A stretch of DNA of 36,511 nt from a bacterium (GTDB lineage: Bacteria > Patescibacteriota > Minisyncoccia > UBA11713 > 2-01-FULL-45-33), in contig JAUSHV010000004.1 in assembly GCA_030648495.1 (NCBI GenBank), positions 1 to 36,511 of the forward strand, given 5' to 3'. A program made the position numbers and the translations under genes. Numbering within the stretch: position 1 is the stretch's first letter; every line of letters begins with the position of its first letter. Shown here in pieces: positions 7,727 to 15,723 of the stretch. The notes beneath the pieces are model-generated. The model did not search any database. It was given only the letters and a program-made list of their open reading frames with translations, and was not told the DNA's origin.

Positions 7727-8287
7727 ATGCAACACCTTGCATTCACTATCCGATATAACGGACGAGCCCGCGTATTATTCAGCAAGGTCAATGTGTGTTT
7801 ACCAATTGCTCTAGAGGAAGCACAAACACAAAAAGTTGAATTTAAAGAATACATTGCGATTTGGGATACGGGCGCTACGCATTCTGCTATAACAAAAAAA
7901 GTTGTAGATGACTTAAAATTGCAACCCACCGGAGTACGAGAGACAAGGCATGCTGGTGGGAAATCCTCAAATAATACATATCTAGTTAATATCGCATTAC
8001 CAAATAAGGTAATGGTTCCTCATGTCCGTGTGACAGAGGTACAACTTATTCCTGACGACAACACTTCAGATGACAAGCAACCCCAACTTTTAATAGGGAT
8101 GGATATAATTGGTCTTGGTGACTTTGCAGTTACTAATGCCAACAATAAAACTACTTTTTCGTTCAGAATTCCGTCTGTTGAGGAAATAGATTTTATACCG
8201 GATACTCAAGAAAATAATGTGATGGAGAATAGCAATAGAAAGGAGCGGCGTGCTTTTGAAGCGAAGAAAAGAAGGGGACTGGTTTAA
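7727..8287 (+). CDS. Retropepsin-like (clan AA) aspartic protease
   Basis: The catalytic motif IAIWDTGATHSAI and the downstream LLIGMDIIG flap/dimerisation-type motif are present. Confidence 0.75.
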   Translation: MQHLAFTIRYNGRARVLFSKVNVCLPIALEEAQTQKVEFKEYIAIWDTGATHSAITKKVVDDLKLQPTGVRETRHAGGKSSNNTYLVNIALPNKVMVPHVRVTEVQLIPDDNTSDDKQPQLLIGMDIIGLGDFAVTNANNKTTFSFRIPSVEEIDFIPDTQENNVMENSNRKERRAFEAKKRRGLV

Positions 8288-8316
8288 GGCGATAGAATTG
8301 TCAGGCAAAAAATTTC

Positions 8317-8430
8317 AGCTCCGGTCTTGTCTCATCTTTTTTAGCAATCGGCATCTTGGAAAGCTTCTCTATCCGCAAAAAAGGCATATTCATCGGCATG
8401 GAAGAGAGGTTCAAGGAAGGCGTGTTTTAA
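8317..8430 (+). pseudogene. Displaced copy of the last 37 codons plus stop of rodA (copy 2)
   Basis: It translates as SSGLVSSFLAIGILESFSIRKKGIFIGMEERFKEGVF*, against GSSLVSSFLAIGILESFSIRKKGIFIGMEERFKEGVF* for the real end at 6838-6951. The central 58 nt (8345-8402) are identical to 6866-6923. The flanks differ almost only at synonymous positions. Confidence 0.85.
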
Positions 8431-8432
8431 CT

Positions 8433-8461
8433 TTGCCGGGCGGCCCGTGAATTGATATCAT
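8433..8461 (+). promoter_or_regulatory. Candidate promoter TTGCCG-N17-TATCAT, 6 nt upstream of the ATG at 8468 (leaderless geometry)
   Basis: ttgccg at 8433-8438, tatcat at 8456-8461, then agactc and the ATG. Confidence 0.45.
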
Positions 8462-8467
8462 AGACTC

Positions 8468-10204
8468 ATGACGACTGAAGAACAGCCCCAATTTATAAAA
8501 GAATTCTCTAGATCAGAATCGCGCGAAGAAAGAGACAGCCTGGCTCAAGAAATTCGTGAAGAACGACGAAAAGCTTTTTCTGCGGAAAATAAAAATTCCG
8601 AAAATAAAAAAGTAGATTCAATAATAAATGCCACTGAAAATTTGAGAGATAATGTTGAAATAAGTAACAATGACAAGGCGTTTCAGGGAAATATTAATAG
8701 CTTGTTGGAGATTAATAGTTTAAAAAGTCAATTTGATGAAAAATCAGGAACAAATGTGACTTTTGAAGAACGCCTCAAAACTCCCATAGGCGGCCGTCAG
8801 GGGTTAGAGGACACAAGGAAAAAGCTATCTGATTTTTATGACAAGGAAAGACAAAAATGGGCGGAAAATCCGTATACCCAAGCGGATATACAAAAATATT
8901 TTAATGAAGAAAACTTAAAATCTCTGTCAGTTGATGATTACGTGCTTTTTTTGAAGCGTTTTCCCGGTAATATGATCACTCATGTTACCAGGCAAGGAAT
9001 TAGGGATCATTACAGTATTGACAATCACATTGCGGGATTAGGAGAATTTCAAAATAATTTTAAGGATATTCTTGAAAAAAAACAGCTAAATTCCGCCATC
9101 GGTATAGAATTACAGGAATCCTCAAAAGAAAAACTAGTTTCTGATTATTTGGACCAGTTCGTGAAAGATATGCAGGAGGCCGGGTATGAACCGGACCGGG
9201 AAAGCGCTATGAGCAGATTGGAATCGAAGCTTGGATACGGCGCAATTAAAGGAAGTGTTTATAATTTTGCGGACCGATCAGCCATACATGTTGCAACAGA
9301 ACAGGTAGCAGATGCCATATATGGGGGCGAAAAAGGGAATGAAATATTTTTTGTTTTTCCGTCCGCCTACGCGGCGTCTCAAATGGAATTCGGCGGCCAA
9401 CTTAAAGATAATGTAGGCGGATCGCATAACGATCAAAGGATTTGGGCGGACCTAAAAAAAGGAATGAGTTTAGACGCAGGTATAGTTTTTATACCTGAAG
9501 AAACCGAAGTAGATGCAAAGACAGGGTCAAAATACGAGTTAGATGAAAATAACAATCCGATCATCATTGAAGAGAATTTAGCGGAGATCAGGAAGCTAAC
9601 TGATTCGGCTGATTTTCAGGAATTTGCCGGTCAATCTATAAAAATTCTTGGAAAAAGTGAAGCAAATCAAAACCTGGAGGAATTAGATGGGCTTCGTAAA
9701 ACTCTAGCAGAAAAATTTGGCATAAAAAATCAATCTATACGGGATTCTGTTTTAAATTATAGATTTTTGCATGAGGTTAAATATGCAGCCGAAGAAAAAG
9801 AGGATTATCGTAAAATAAAGACAGATAAAGAAATTAGCCAAGTTTTAATGGATAAAGAAAATTTATACTTAAAGGCAAAAGACACCGTAAAATCAAAAGA
9901 ATACTGGGAAAATTATTTTGCACAAAATCCGGAAAAGCGACCATCAAAAAGCGTCTATTATAAAGGTAGCGATCCAACAACAGCGCTAAATGAATGGAGA
10001 GAACGAAATGGAATCTCAAAAAGAGCAGAGGATGCGGATTTTGATTTTGAAGAAAATAAAAAAACTGACAAGGAGATAAATGAAAGCCCAGAACAAAGCC
10101 AGTTCATGGCAATTGCAAAAAAAATAATAGATGAGCGATTTCCCGTAAAAATTAAAGAAAAACGATCTACTTCCGATAAAGACGAGCCACCACCGCTTGA
10201 TTAG
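8468..10204 (+). CDS. Hypothetical 578-aa acidic, Lys/Glu-rich soluble protein
   Basis: A long clean ORF with no TM segment or signal peptide and no motif I can assign. Confidence 0.7.
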   Translation: MTTEEQPQFIKEFSRSESREERDSLAQEIREERRKAFSAENKNSENKKVDSIINATENLRDNVEISNNDKAFQGNINSLLEINSLKSQFDEKSGTNVTFEERLKTPIGGRQGLEDTRKKLSDFYDKERQKWAENPYTQADIQKYFNEENLKSLSVDDYVLFLKRFPGNMITHVTRQGIRDHYSIDNHIAGLGEFQNNFKDILEKKQLNSAIGIELQESSKEKLVSDYLDQFVKDMQEAGYEPDRESAMSRLESKLGYGAIKGSVYNFADRSAIHVATEQVADAIYGGEKGNEIFFVFPSAYAASQMEFGGQLKDNVGGSHNDQRIWADLKKGMSLDAGIVFIPEETEVDAKTGSKYELDENNNPIIIEENLAEIRKLTDSADFQEFAGQSIKILGKSEANQNLEELDGLRKTLAEKFGIKNQSIRDSVLNYRFLHEVKYAAEEKEDYRKIKTDKEISQVLMDKENLYLKAKDTVKSKEYWENYFAQNPEKRPSKSVYYKGSDPTTALNEWRERNGISKRAEDADFDFEENKKTDKEINESPEQSQFMAIAKKIIDERFPVKIKEKRSTSDKDEPPPLD

Positions 10205-10231
10205 CACAATCTCTTACTTGTCTGCGATAAT

Positions 10232-10278
10232 GCCTTTTCATCGGCATGGAAGAGAGGTTCAAGGAAGGCGTGTTTTGA
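10232..10278 (+). pseudogene. Displaced copy of the last ~13 codons plus stop of rodA (copy 3)
   Basis: ttcatcggcatggaagagaggttcaaggaaggcgtgttttga encodes FIGMEERFKEGVF*. It has the same synonymous variant pattern as copy 2 and is 40/40 identical to 8388-8427 up to the stop codon. Confidence 0.8.
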
Positions 10279-10280
10279 GG

Positions 10281-10308
10281 TTGACATGAATTTCAAATCC
10301 GCTATCTT
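10281..10308 (+). promoter_or_regulatory. Candidate promoter TTGACA-N16-TATCTT
   Basis: ttgaca at 10281-10286 and tatctt at 10303-10308, about 23 nt before the ATG at 10332. Confidence 0.45.
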
Positions 10309-10331
10309 GTCGTAAGAGGCAAAAAAAGAAA

Positions 10332-10661
10332 ATGCTGAAAAAGAACAAATCTCCAGAAAAAATAATAGAAGAATGGTATAAAGAAAACGAAAACGGAGAG
10401 GGCTTGAAAGAGAAAAATCAACATTTATCTTACGAAAATTTTTTAACAATCGGTTTAGATTTTTTAGAGTGCAAGGCCATGATAGAAACGGCGTTCCCTG
10501 GGGTTAGGGGCTTTATGTTTTCAAAGAAGCAACTGCGTTTTATTGTTGATGCTTCTGTAGATGAAGGTCAGAAGAAGGCTATTCGCGAGACCTGCATCGG
10601 GTTTGTTACGTTAAACAAAATTCTAAAATCTATAAATAAAACTGCTGAGGCAAAACGCTAA
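10332..10661 (+). CDS. Hypothetical 109-aa protein
   Basis: An ORF downstream of a promoter-like element. No family is recognised. Confidence 0.5.
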   Translation: MLKKNKSPEKIIEEWYKENENGEGLKEKNQHLSYENFLTIGLDFLECKAMIETAFPGVRGFMFSKKQLRFIVDASVDEGQKKAIRETCIGFVTLNKILKSINKTAEAKR

Positions 10662-10758
10662 AGCGGTTTTTTATTACAAATTTGGCATGAATTTGACACG
10701 AAATCATTGGGGCTTGACAGGTTTTTGGCGTCTGCTAGGGTAGTGGATAAGACAGGAT

Positions 10759-10787
10759 TTGACACTTTTTTATAAGTTTGCTAATAT
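10759..10787 (+). promoter_or_regulatory. Promoter TTGACA-N17-TAATAT (TGc-extended). A second TTGACA-N16-TAGGGT lies at ~10716-10743.
   Basis: ttgaca at 10759-10764 and taatat at 10782-10787. There are three TTGACA boxes within 90 nt. Confidence 0.55.
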
Positions 10788-10817
10788 AGTCATAATAATA
10801 TGAAAGGAGAATTACCC

Positions 10818-11834
10818 ATGCACCCCGAGGAAGTAACAACTAAGCTTTTCCAGGTATTGCCAAAGAGGACCAAGGATGTACTTGATCAGCGTTTTGGGCT
10901 GGCAAAAAACCCAAACCGGATGACATTAGACGCTATAGGCCAGCGTTATGGCATTACCCGTGAGAGGGTTCGTCAGATTGAAGCGGACGGGCTTAACCGG
11001 ATAAGAAAATCTTCCACTATGACTGATATGAAGCCGGTGTTCGTCGCGCTCGAAAAGTATTTTGAAGACCAGGGAGGCGTTTTGCCGGAAGCGCAGGCTT
11101 TGAATGCTTTGGCGTCGCATCCCAAACACGAAAACCATGTTTATTTTTTGCTCGCCTTGCACGACCCGTTCGTCAGAATGCATGAAAACGAACATATGCA
11201 CGACCGATGGGCTTACGGCAAAGGAGCCGAGGAAAAAGCAGATAAGGTTTTGAAGAACGCGGTTGATTCTTTGCGTAAGATTGGCGCGCCGGTGGAAGAG
11301 AAAAAATTATACGAAGTAATGGCTTCCAGTGCCCAGACTATTTTGGGTTCAGGCGTCGCTTCTGCTGTTTTAGAAAATTGGCTGGGTCTTTCCAAGCTTA
11401 TTGCTAAAAATTATTTCGGTGAATGGGGGCTTACGGAATTTTCTTCCATCAAGCCCAGGGGAATGAAAGATCTTTCTTTCATGGTGCTTTCAAAAAAAGG
11501 CGAACCTATGCATTTTTCTGAAGTAGCCCAAGGCATAGGTAAGCTTATTGGCCGGGGCGTCCATGTGCAGACCGTGCACAATGAACTCATCAAAGACGTG
11601 CGTTTTGTTCTGGTAGGCCGCGGACTTTACGCGCTTAAAGAATGGGGCTATGAGCCGGGCGTAGTGCGCGATGTAATTTCAAATATGCTTAAAAACAACG
11701 GACCTATGGCAAAAGAAAAAATAATCTCCCTGGTTTCCGAGAAGCGGTTCGTCAAACCAAACACAATACTTATAAATTTAGAGAATAAAAAACACTTTAA
11801 AAAGCTGACTGATGGTCGGTACTCTGTTCGATAA
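10818..11834 (+). CDS. DNA-binding protein with an N-terminal sigma-70 region-4-like HTH and a C-terminal HARE-HTH-like winged helix
   Basis: The RBS aaaggaga lies 8 nt before the ATG at 10818. The N-terminus reads VLDQRFGL...MTLDAIGQRYGITRERVRQIEADGLNRIRK. The C-terminus reads MHFSEVAQGI...VHNELIKDVRFVLVGRGLYALKEWGY. Confidence 0.7.
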   Translation: MHPEEVTTKLFQVLPKRTKDVLDQRFGLAKNPNRMTLDAIGQRYGITRERVRQIEADGLNRIRKSSTMTDMKPVFVALEKYFEDQGGVLPEAQALNALASHPKHENHVYFLLALHDPFVRMHENEHMHDRWAYGKGAEEKADKVLKNAVDSLRKIGAPVEEKKLYEVMASSAQTILGSGVASAVLENWLGLSKLIAKNYFGEWGLTEFSSIKPRGMKDLSFMVLSKKGEPMHFSEVAQGIGKLIGRGVHVQTVHNELIKDVRFVLVGRGLYALKEWGYEPGVVRDVISNMLKNNGPMAKEKIISLVSEKRFVKPNTILINLENKKHFKKLTDGRYSVR

Positions 11835-13092
11835 CCCGATTTTTTTAGGAGGTCTTTTCCTTTTGGCCAGGACCTGGTCAATATGGCTTCCGGTGGCACT
11901 TTTTTTTATTTTTTGGAGCACTTGGACCGGCTATGTTCGGTCTTATTTTATGGCCAGAACGAAATGGGTTCTGCTTGAGATAAAAGTACCGCGCGAACAA
12001 ACAAAAAGTCCTAAAGCGATGGAAAGCATTTTGGCCGGTATTAACGGCACCAACCGCCTCGGCAATATGCGGGAAAGATATTGGAACGGATGGCTGACGC
12101 CGTGGTTCTCGCTTGAGATAACGGGCGATGCGACCGGAGTGCATTTTTACGTGCGTACTACAGAATTTTTAAAAAGAATGATTGAGTCGCAAATTTATGC
12201 GCAGTACCCGGCGTGTGAGATCAAGGTTGTTGAAGACTATACCAAAGCAACTCCGCCGGTAATGCCTACCGTCGGGTGGACGATTTGGGGAAGCGAATAC
12301 ATACATACAAAACCTGATGCTTACCCGATACGCACCTATGAAGATTTTGAATTGGTCGGGATAAGCTCAAAAGAGGAAGACACAAAAATTGACCCTCTTT
12401 CTTCTTTGATTGAATTTTTCGGGACTTTTAAGGCAAGCGAACGAATGTGGCTGCAGATGATTGTGCGCCCGGCCGGGGAAAATTGGATAAAGGAAGGGCA
12501 GACGATAGTTGATAAATTAGGCGGCAAAAAAACTGAAGGACATAAACCGTTGCTCGGAAAAGTTGTCGGCGTAATCGATGATATCATAGGCGGAGTGGCC
12601 GGATCGGCTCCACCGGAAAAAAATCAAAAAAGGGAATCCTTAAATGTAGGTTTTTTTGGGCTTTCTCCGGGCATGATACAAAGCATAAAAGCGCTTGAAC
12701 TCAATATGCAAAAGATCGGTTTTGAAGTAGGTATTCGCTGGACGTATCTTGCCAAGAACGAAGATTATAACGCGTTGGCTATTCCCGCGATCAACGGCAT
12801 ATTCAAGCAATTTGCGTCGCCGAACCTTAATGGATTTAAACTTAATAAAAAAGTAACCACAAGCATAGATTATATTTTTAGAAAAACAAGATTAACTTAC
12901 AGACAGAAAAGAATTTACAACGCATATCGCTGGCGCTCGTTTTTTCATCCACCTTACCGCGGCAAAACAATAGTTCTTTCCAGCTCGGAACTTGCGACGA
13001 TTTATCATTTTCCTGGCATGGTTGTCGGCGCTCCGGCAATGGAACGCATCGACGCCAAGCGCGGCGCTCCTCCAACAAATTTGCCGATTTAA
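11812..13092 (+). CDS. Membrane-anchored protein of unknown function (two N-terminal TM helices), upstream partner of the T4CP-like ATPase
   Basis: The N-terminus is FLGGLFLLARTWSIWLPVALFFIFWSTW, followed by a soluble domain (VLLEIKVPREQTKSPKAME...). It overlaps the previous gene by 23 nt and ends 24 nt upstream of the ATPase gene. Confidence 0.7.
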   Translation: MVGTLFDNPIFLGGLFLLARTWSIWLPVALFFIFWSTWTGYVRSYFMARTKWVLLEIKVPREQTKSPKAMESILAGINGTNRLGNMRERYWNGWLTPWFSLEITGDATGVHFYVRTTEFLKRMIESQIYAQYPACEIKVVEDYTKATPPVMPTVGWTIWGSEYIHTKPDAYPIRTYEDFELVGISSKEEDTKIDPLSSLIEFFGTFKASERMWLQMIVRPAGENWIKEGQTIVDKLGGKKTEGHKPLLGKVVGVIDDIIGGVAGSAPPEKNQKRESLNVGFFGLSPGMIQSIKALELNMQKIGFEVGIRWTYLAKNEDYNALAIPAINGIFKQFASPNLNGFKLNKKVTTSIDYIFRKTRLTYRQKRIYNAYRWRSFFHPPYRGKTIVLSSSELATIYHFPGMVVGAPAMERIDAKRGAPPTNLPI

Positions 13093-13116
13093 GTTTTTTG
13101 TAGTATAATTGTTGAA

Positions 13117-15174
13117 GTGAACGACGATCAGAAAATTACATATTTTGGAGAGGCTAATTACCGCAATTTGCAGAGTCGTTTTGGCATCAAAAAAATCGAC
13201 CGTAGGAAGCATATGTATGTGATAGGGAAAACCGGCATGGGCAAGACCACTCTTTTGGAAAACATGGCGATGCAGGATATTCAGTCGGGAGAAGGAATTG
13301 CTTTTATTGATCCGCATGGAGAAACGGCCTATAAATTACTAGATTTTGTTCCCAAAGAGCGCATGAAAGATGTGATTTATTTTGATCCGGCGGACAGTGA
13401 TTTTCCGATCGGATTCAACGTTATGGAAAATGTTGATCCGGACCGAAGGCATTTTATTGCTTCCGGACTTATGGGAGTTTTCAAAAAAATATTCGGACCA
13501 GATGTATGGTCTGCTCGTATGGAATATATTTTAGGAAATACGGTTTTGGCGCTTCTTGAGTATCCGAATTCTACTCTTCTATCAATAAACCCAATGCTTG
13601 CGGTAAAAGAATACAGAAAAAAAGTTGTTGACAATGTTACCGACCCGGTTATAAAAGCTTTTTGGACGCAGGAGTTTGCGAAATACACAGAACGCTTTGC
13701 TGCTGAAGCTACGCCGGCAATTCAAAATAAAGTCGGACAGTTTACTTCGAACGCACTCATTCGCAATATAATAGGCCAGCCAAAATCAACATTTGATTTC
13801 AGAAAAGCGATGGACGAGAAAAAAATTCTTATAATCAATCTGGCAAAAGGGAGGGTTGGAGAAGACGCTTCAAGGCTTTTGGGCGCGATGATAGTGACGA
13901 AACTTTATTTGGCCGCCATGAGCCGCGTGGATATTGAAGACGAAGAGCACAGGCCAGACTTTTATTTATATGTTGATGAGTTCCAGAATTTTGCGACGGA
14001 GTCTTTCGCTAATATTTTATCGGAGGCCAGGAAATACCGCCTTTGTCTGATACTCGCGCACCAATATATGGCCCAGCTTGCCGAGGAGGTAAGAGACGCG
14101 GTGGTCGGCAACGTGGGCACAATGGTTTCTTTCAGAGTTGGCGCGGAAGACGCGGAATTTTTGGAAAAGGAATTTGGCCCCGATTTTATGGCAACAGACA
14201 TAGTCAATCTGGGATTTGCGCAGGTTTATTTGAAATTAATGATAGACGGCGTGGCTTCCCATCCATTTTCTTCAACAACTTTGCCGCCGATACAGGTTCC
14301 TCATGAATCGTTTAAAGCTGAAATTGTCGCACTTTCTCGAAAGCAATTTGGCACTCCCCGCCAAAAAGTTGATGATATGATTAATGAGTGGTCAAAGACT
14401 ATCTCCGGCGAGATCGGTGAAAAAAAATCTTTTGGCGGAGCGATGGCCAGTCCCGGCGCATCTGCCCACGCAAATACATCAAATCCTGCAAGTTTTGCGC
14501 CTCCGCGGCAGGACATTTCGCAAGCCCGCCTGCCGGACGGGCAGGTTAAAATGTATGATGCGGTATGTGTTGTTTGCAATAAAAAGATACAAGTTCCTTT
14601 TTTGCCCGATCCAAACCGTCCGGTTTTTTGTAAAGACCATATTGGGCTTGCGGGAGAATATAAAGCTAAAACCCGCCTGAATGAATCGGTCGGGCAGATG
14701 CCTGCCCGCAATGCAACTGGTGCAGGCGGGCCGCAACGCCCCACAGAACCGCAGCGCTCAGAACTGCCTCAGGAACCGCGCTTCACAAGACCAGAACCAA
14801 GGCCCGCGCCCCGCCCGATGGACTCGCCCGCAGGGCTACGCCCGAGAGCAGGCGAATTTGTTGCGCGTTTGCCTGTCAATCAGGCAGGGCCAAGGATAGA
14901 ACAACGCGCGTCATTAAAAGACTTAGAGCCGGCGCGGGACGGGGCTTCGCAAGATGAGCGTCATCAACAATTTTCCCGGCCACGGTTCGAGCAACCCTTC
15001 AAGAAAAATGAAAATCTCCAGGCATTGCGCGAAGCGTTGAAAAAATCAATGGAATCGACGCGCGAAGAAAAACAAGAAGAAAAAATAACTCCGGAAATAA
15101 AACCTCAAGCGCCGATACAAAATAATTCTTCTACCTCCGGCACCCTCCGCCCCGGCGAGAGAATCGAGCTATAG
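13117..15174 (+). CDS. VirD4/TraD/TrwB-like (type IV coupling protein / FtsK-HerA superfamily) ATPase without its own TM segment, with a Pro/Arg/Gln-rich C-terminal tail containing a zinc-ribbon-like motif
   Basis: Walker A VIGKTGMGKTT; FIDPHGE; Walker B FYLYVDEFQNFAT; ARKYRLCLILAHQYMAQL. The C-terminus has CVVCNKKIQVPFLPDPNRPVFCKDH. The start codon is GTG. Confidence 0.75.
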   Translation: MNDDQKITYFGEANYRNLQSRFGIKKIDRRKHMYVIGKTGMGKTTLLENMAMQDIQSGEGIAFIDPHGETAYKLLDFVPKERMKDVIYFDPADSDFPIGFNVMENVDPDRRHFIASGLMGVFKKIFGPDVWSARMEYILGNTVLALLEYPNSTLLSINPMLAVKEYRKKVVDNVTDPVIKAFWTQEFAKYTERFAAEATPAIQNKVGQFTSNALIRNIIGQPKSTFDFRKAMDEKKILIINLAKGRVGEDASRLLGAMIVTKLYLAAMSRVDIEDEEHRPDFYLYVDEFQNFATESFANILSEARKYRLCLILAHQYMAQLAEEVRDAVVGNVGTMVSFRVGAEDAEFLEKEFGPDFMATDIVNLGFAQVYLKLMIDGVASHPFSSTTLPPIQVPHESFKAEIVALSRKQFGTPRQKVDDMINEWSKTISGEIGEKKSFGGAMASPGASAHANTSNPASFAPPRQDISQARLPDGQVKMYDAVCVVCNKKIQVPFLPDPNRPVFCKDHIGLAGEYKAKTRLNESVGQMPARNATGAGGPQRPTEPQRSELPQEPRFTRPEPRPAPRPMDSPAGLRPRAGEFVARLPVNQAGPRIEQRASLKDLEPARDGASQDERHQQFSRPRFEQPFKKNENLQALREALKKSMESTREEKQEEKITPEIKPQAPIQNNSSTSGTLRPGERIEL

Positions 15175-15222
15175 ACAAAAATAACAGGGTGTGCTAGACT
15201 ATTGTAAGAAAGGGGAATCAGT

Positions 15223-15540
15223 ATGGATCCTGCGAATTTGATAGGGGTTTACGTAATGTCAGTTTTTCTCTCATTCTTTTTGGGTGTTTTTATTAGCACA
15301 ATTCCTTTGTGGATTCCTGCAATTCTAGAAAGCATAAGAAACCGCGTGAGGGATAAGAAGATTTATAACTATTTGAGTTCTTTAAATAAGGGGACACTAA
15401 GCGATAACGAAAGAGAAAGTTTTTTAGCCCAATATGGCCATGAAGTTGGCTTACAAACTCCATCGCATTTAAAATGCGGGAATTCAAAATGCGGTTGCAA
15501 CTTTGTTAAAGTTTCTCATCATATGTTTTGGTATGGATGA
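15223..15540 (+). CDS. Cassette 1: hypothetical 105-aa protein with an N-terminal TM region and a Cys-rich C-terminus (CGNSKCGC)
   Basis: The promoter TAGACA(15172-15177)-N17-TAGACT(15195-15200) overlaps the ATPase stop codon. The RBS is aaagggga. A hairpin at 15550-15577 is followed by a T-tract. Confidence 0.6.
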   Translation: MDPANLIGVYVMSVFLSFFLGVFISTIPLWIPAILESIRNRVRDKKIYNYLSSLNKGTLSDNERESFLAQYGHEVGLQTPSHLKCGNSKCGCNFVKVSHHMFWYG

Positions 15541-15575
15541 ATGTTGTTGGCCGGTTGAGCGATATCGCTTGCCGG

Positions 15576-15690
15576 CTTTTATTTTTTCTCGGCACGTTCT
15601 ACGTATTCGCCGGTTTATCTTCTCTAATTCGCGCGAATTAGAGATATAGTCGAAATGCTGGACAAAAATAGTAATTCTATGTTATTCTTT
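15576..15690 (+). repeat. Junction repeat R1: efp 3'-end copy (15579-15611), a perfect 24-bp palindrome (15621-15644) and a promoter module TGGACA-N18-TATTCT
   Basis: The reverse complement of 15579-15611 is ggc gaa tac gta gaa cgt gcc gag aaa aaa taa, encoding GEYVERAEKK*. The palindrome is tctctaattcgc|gcgaattagaga. Confidence 0.85.
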
Positions 15691-15723
15691 ATCAAGAACA
15701 GGATCAAGAAAAGGAAGGTTTTT

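Noticed and set aside
10201-10449. An 82-aa minus-strand ORF spanning rodA-tail copy 3
   Set aside because: It overlaps the promoter and 5' part of the better-supported plus-strand gene 10332-10661, as well as the displaced rodA fragment. Its translation is hydrophobic and low-complexity, with no RBS.
14301-14899. Alternative-frame and antisense ORFs (14301-14744-, 14384-14680+, 14479-14736-, 14681-14899+) within the ATPase 3' region
   Set aside because: They lie inside the GC-rich, Pro/Arg-rich C-terminal tail of the 685-aa ATPase. That reading frame is continuous with the conserved ATPase domain and contains the zinc-ribbon-like motif. The others are stop-poor by-products of the composition.
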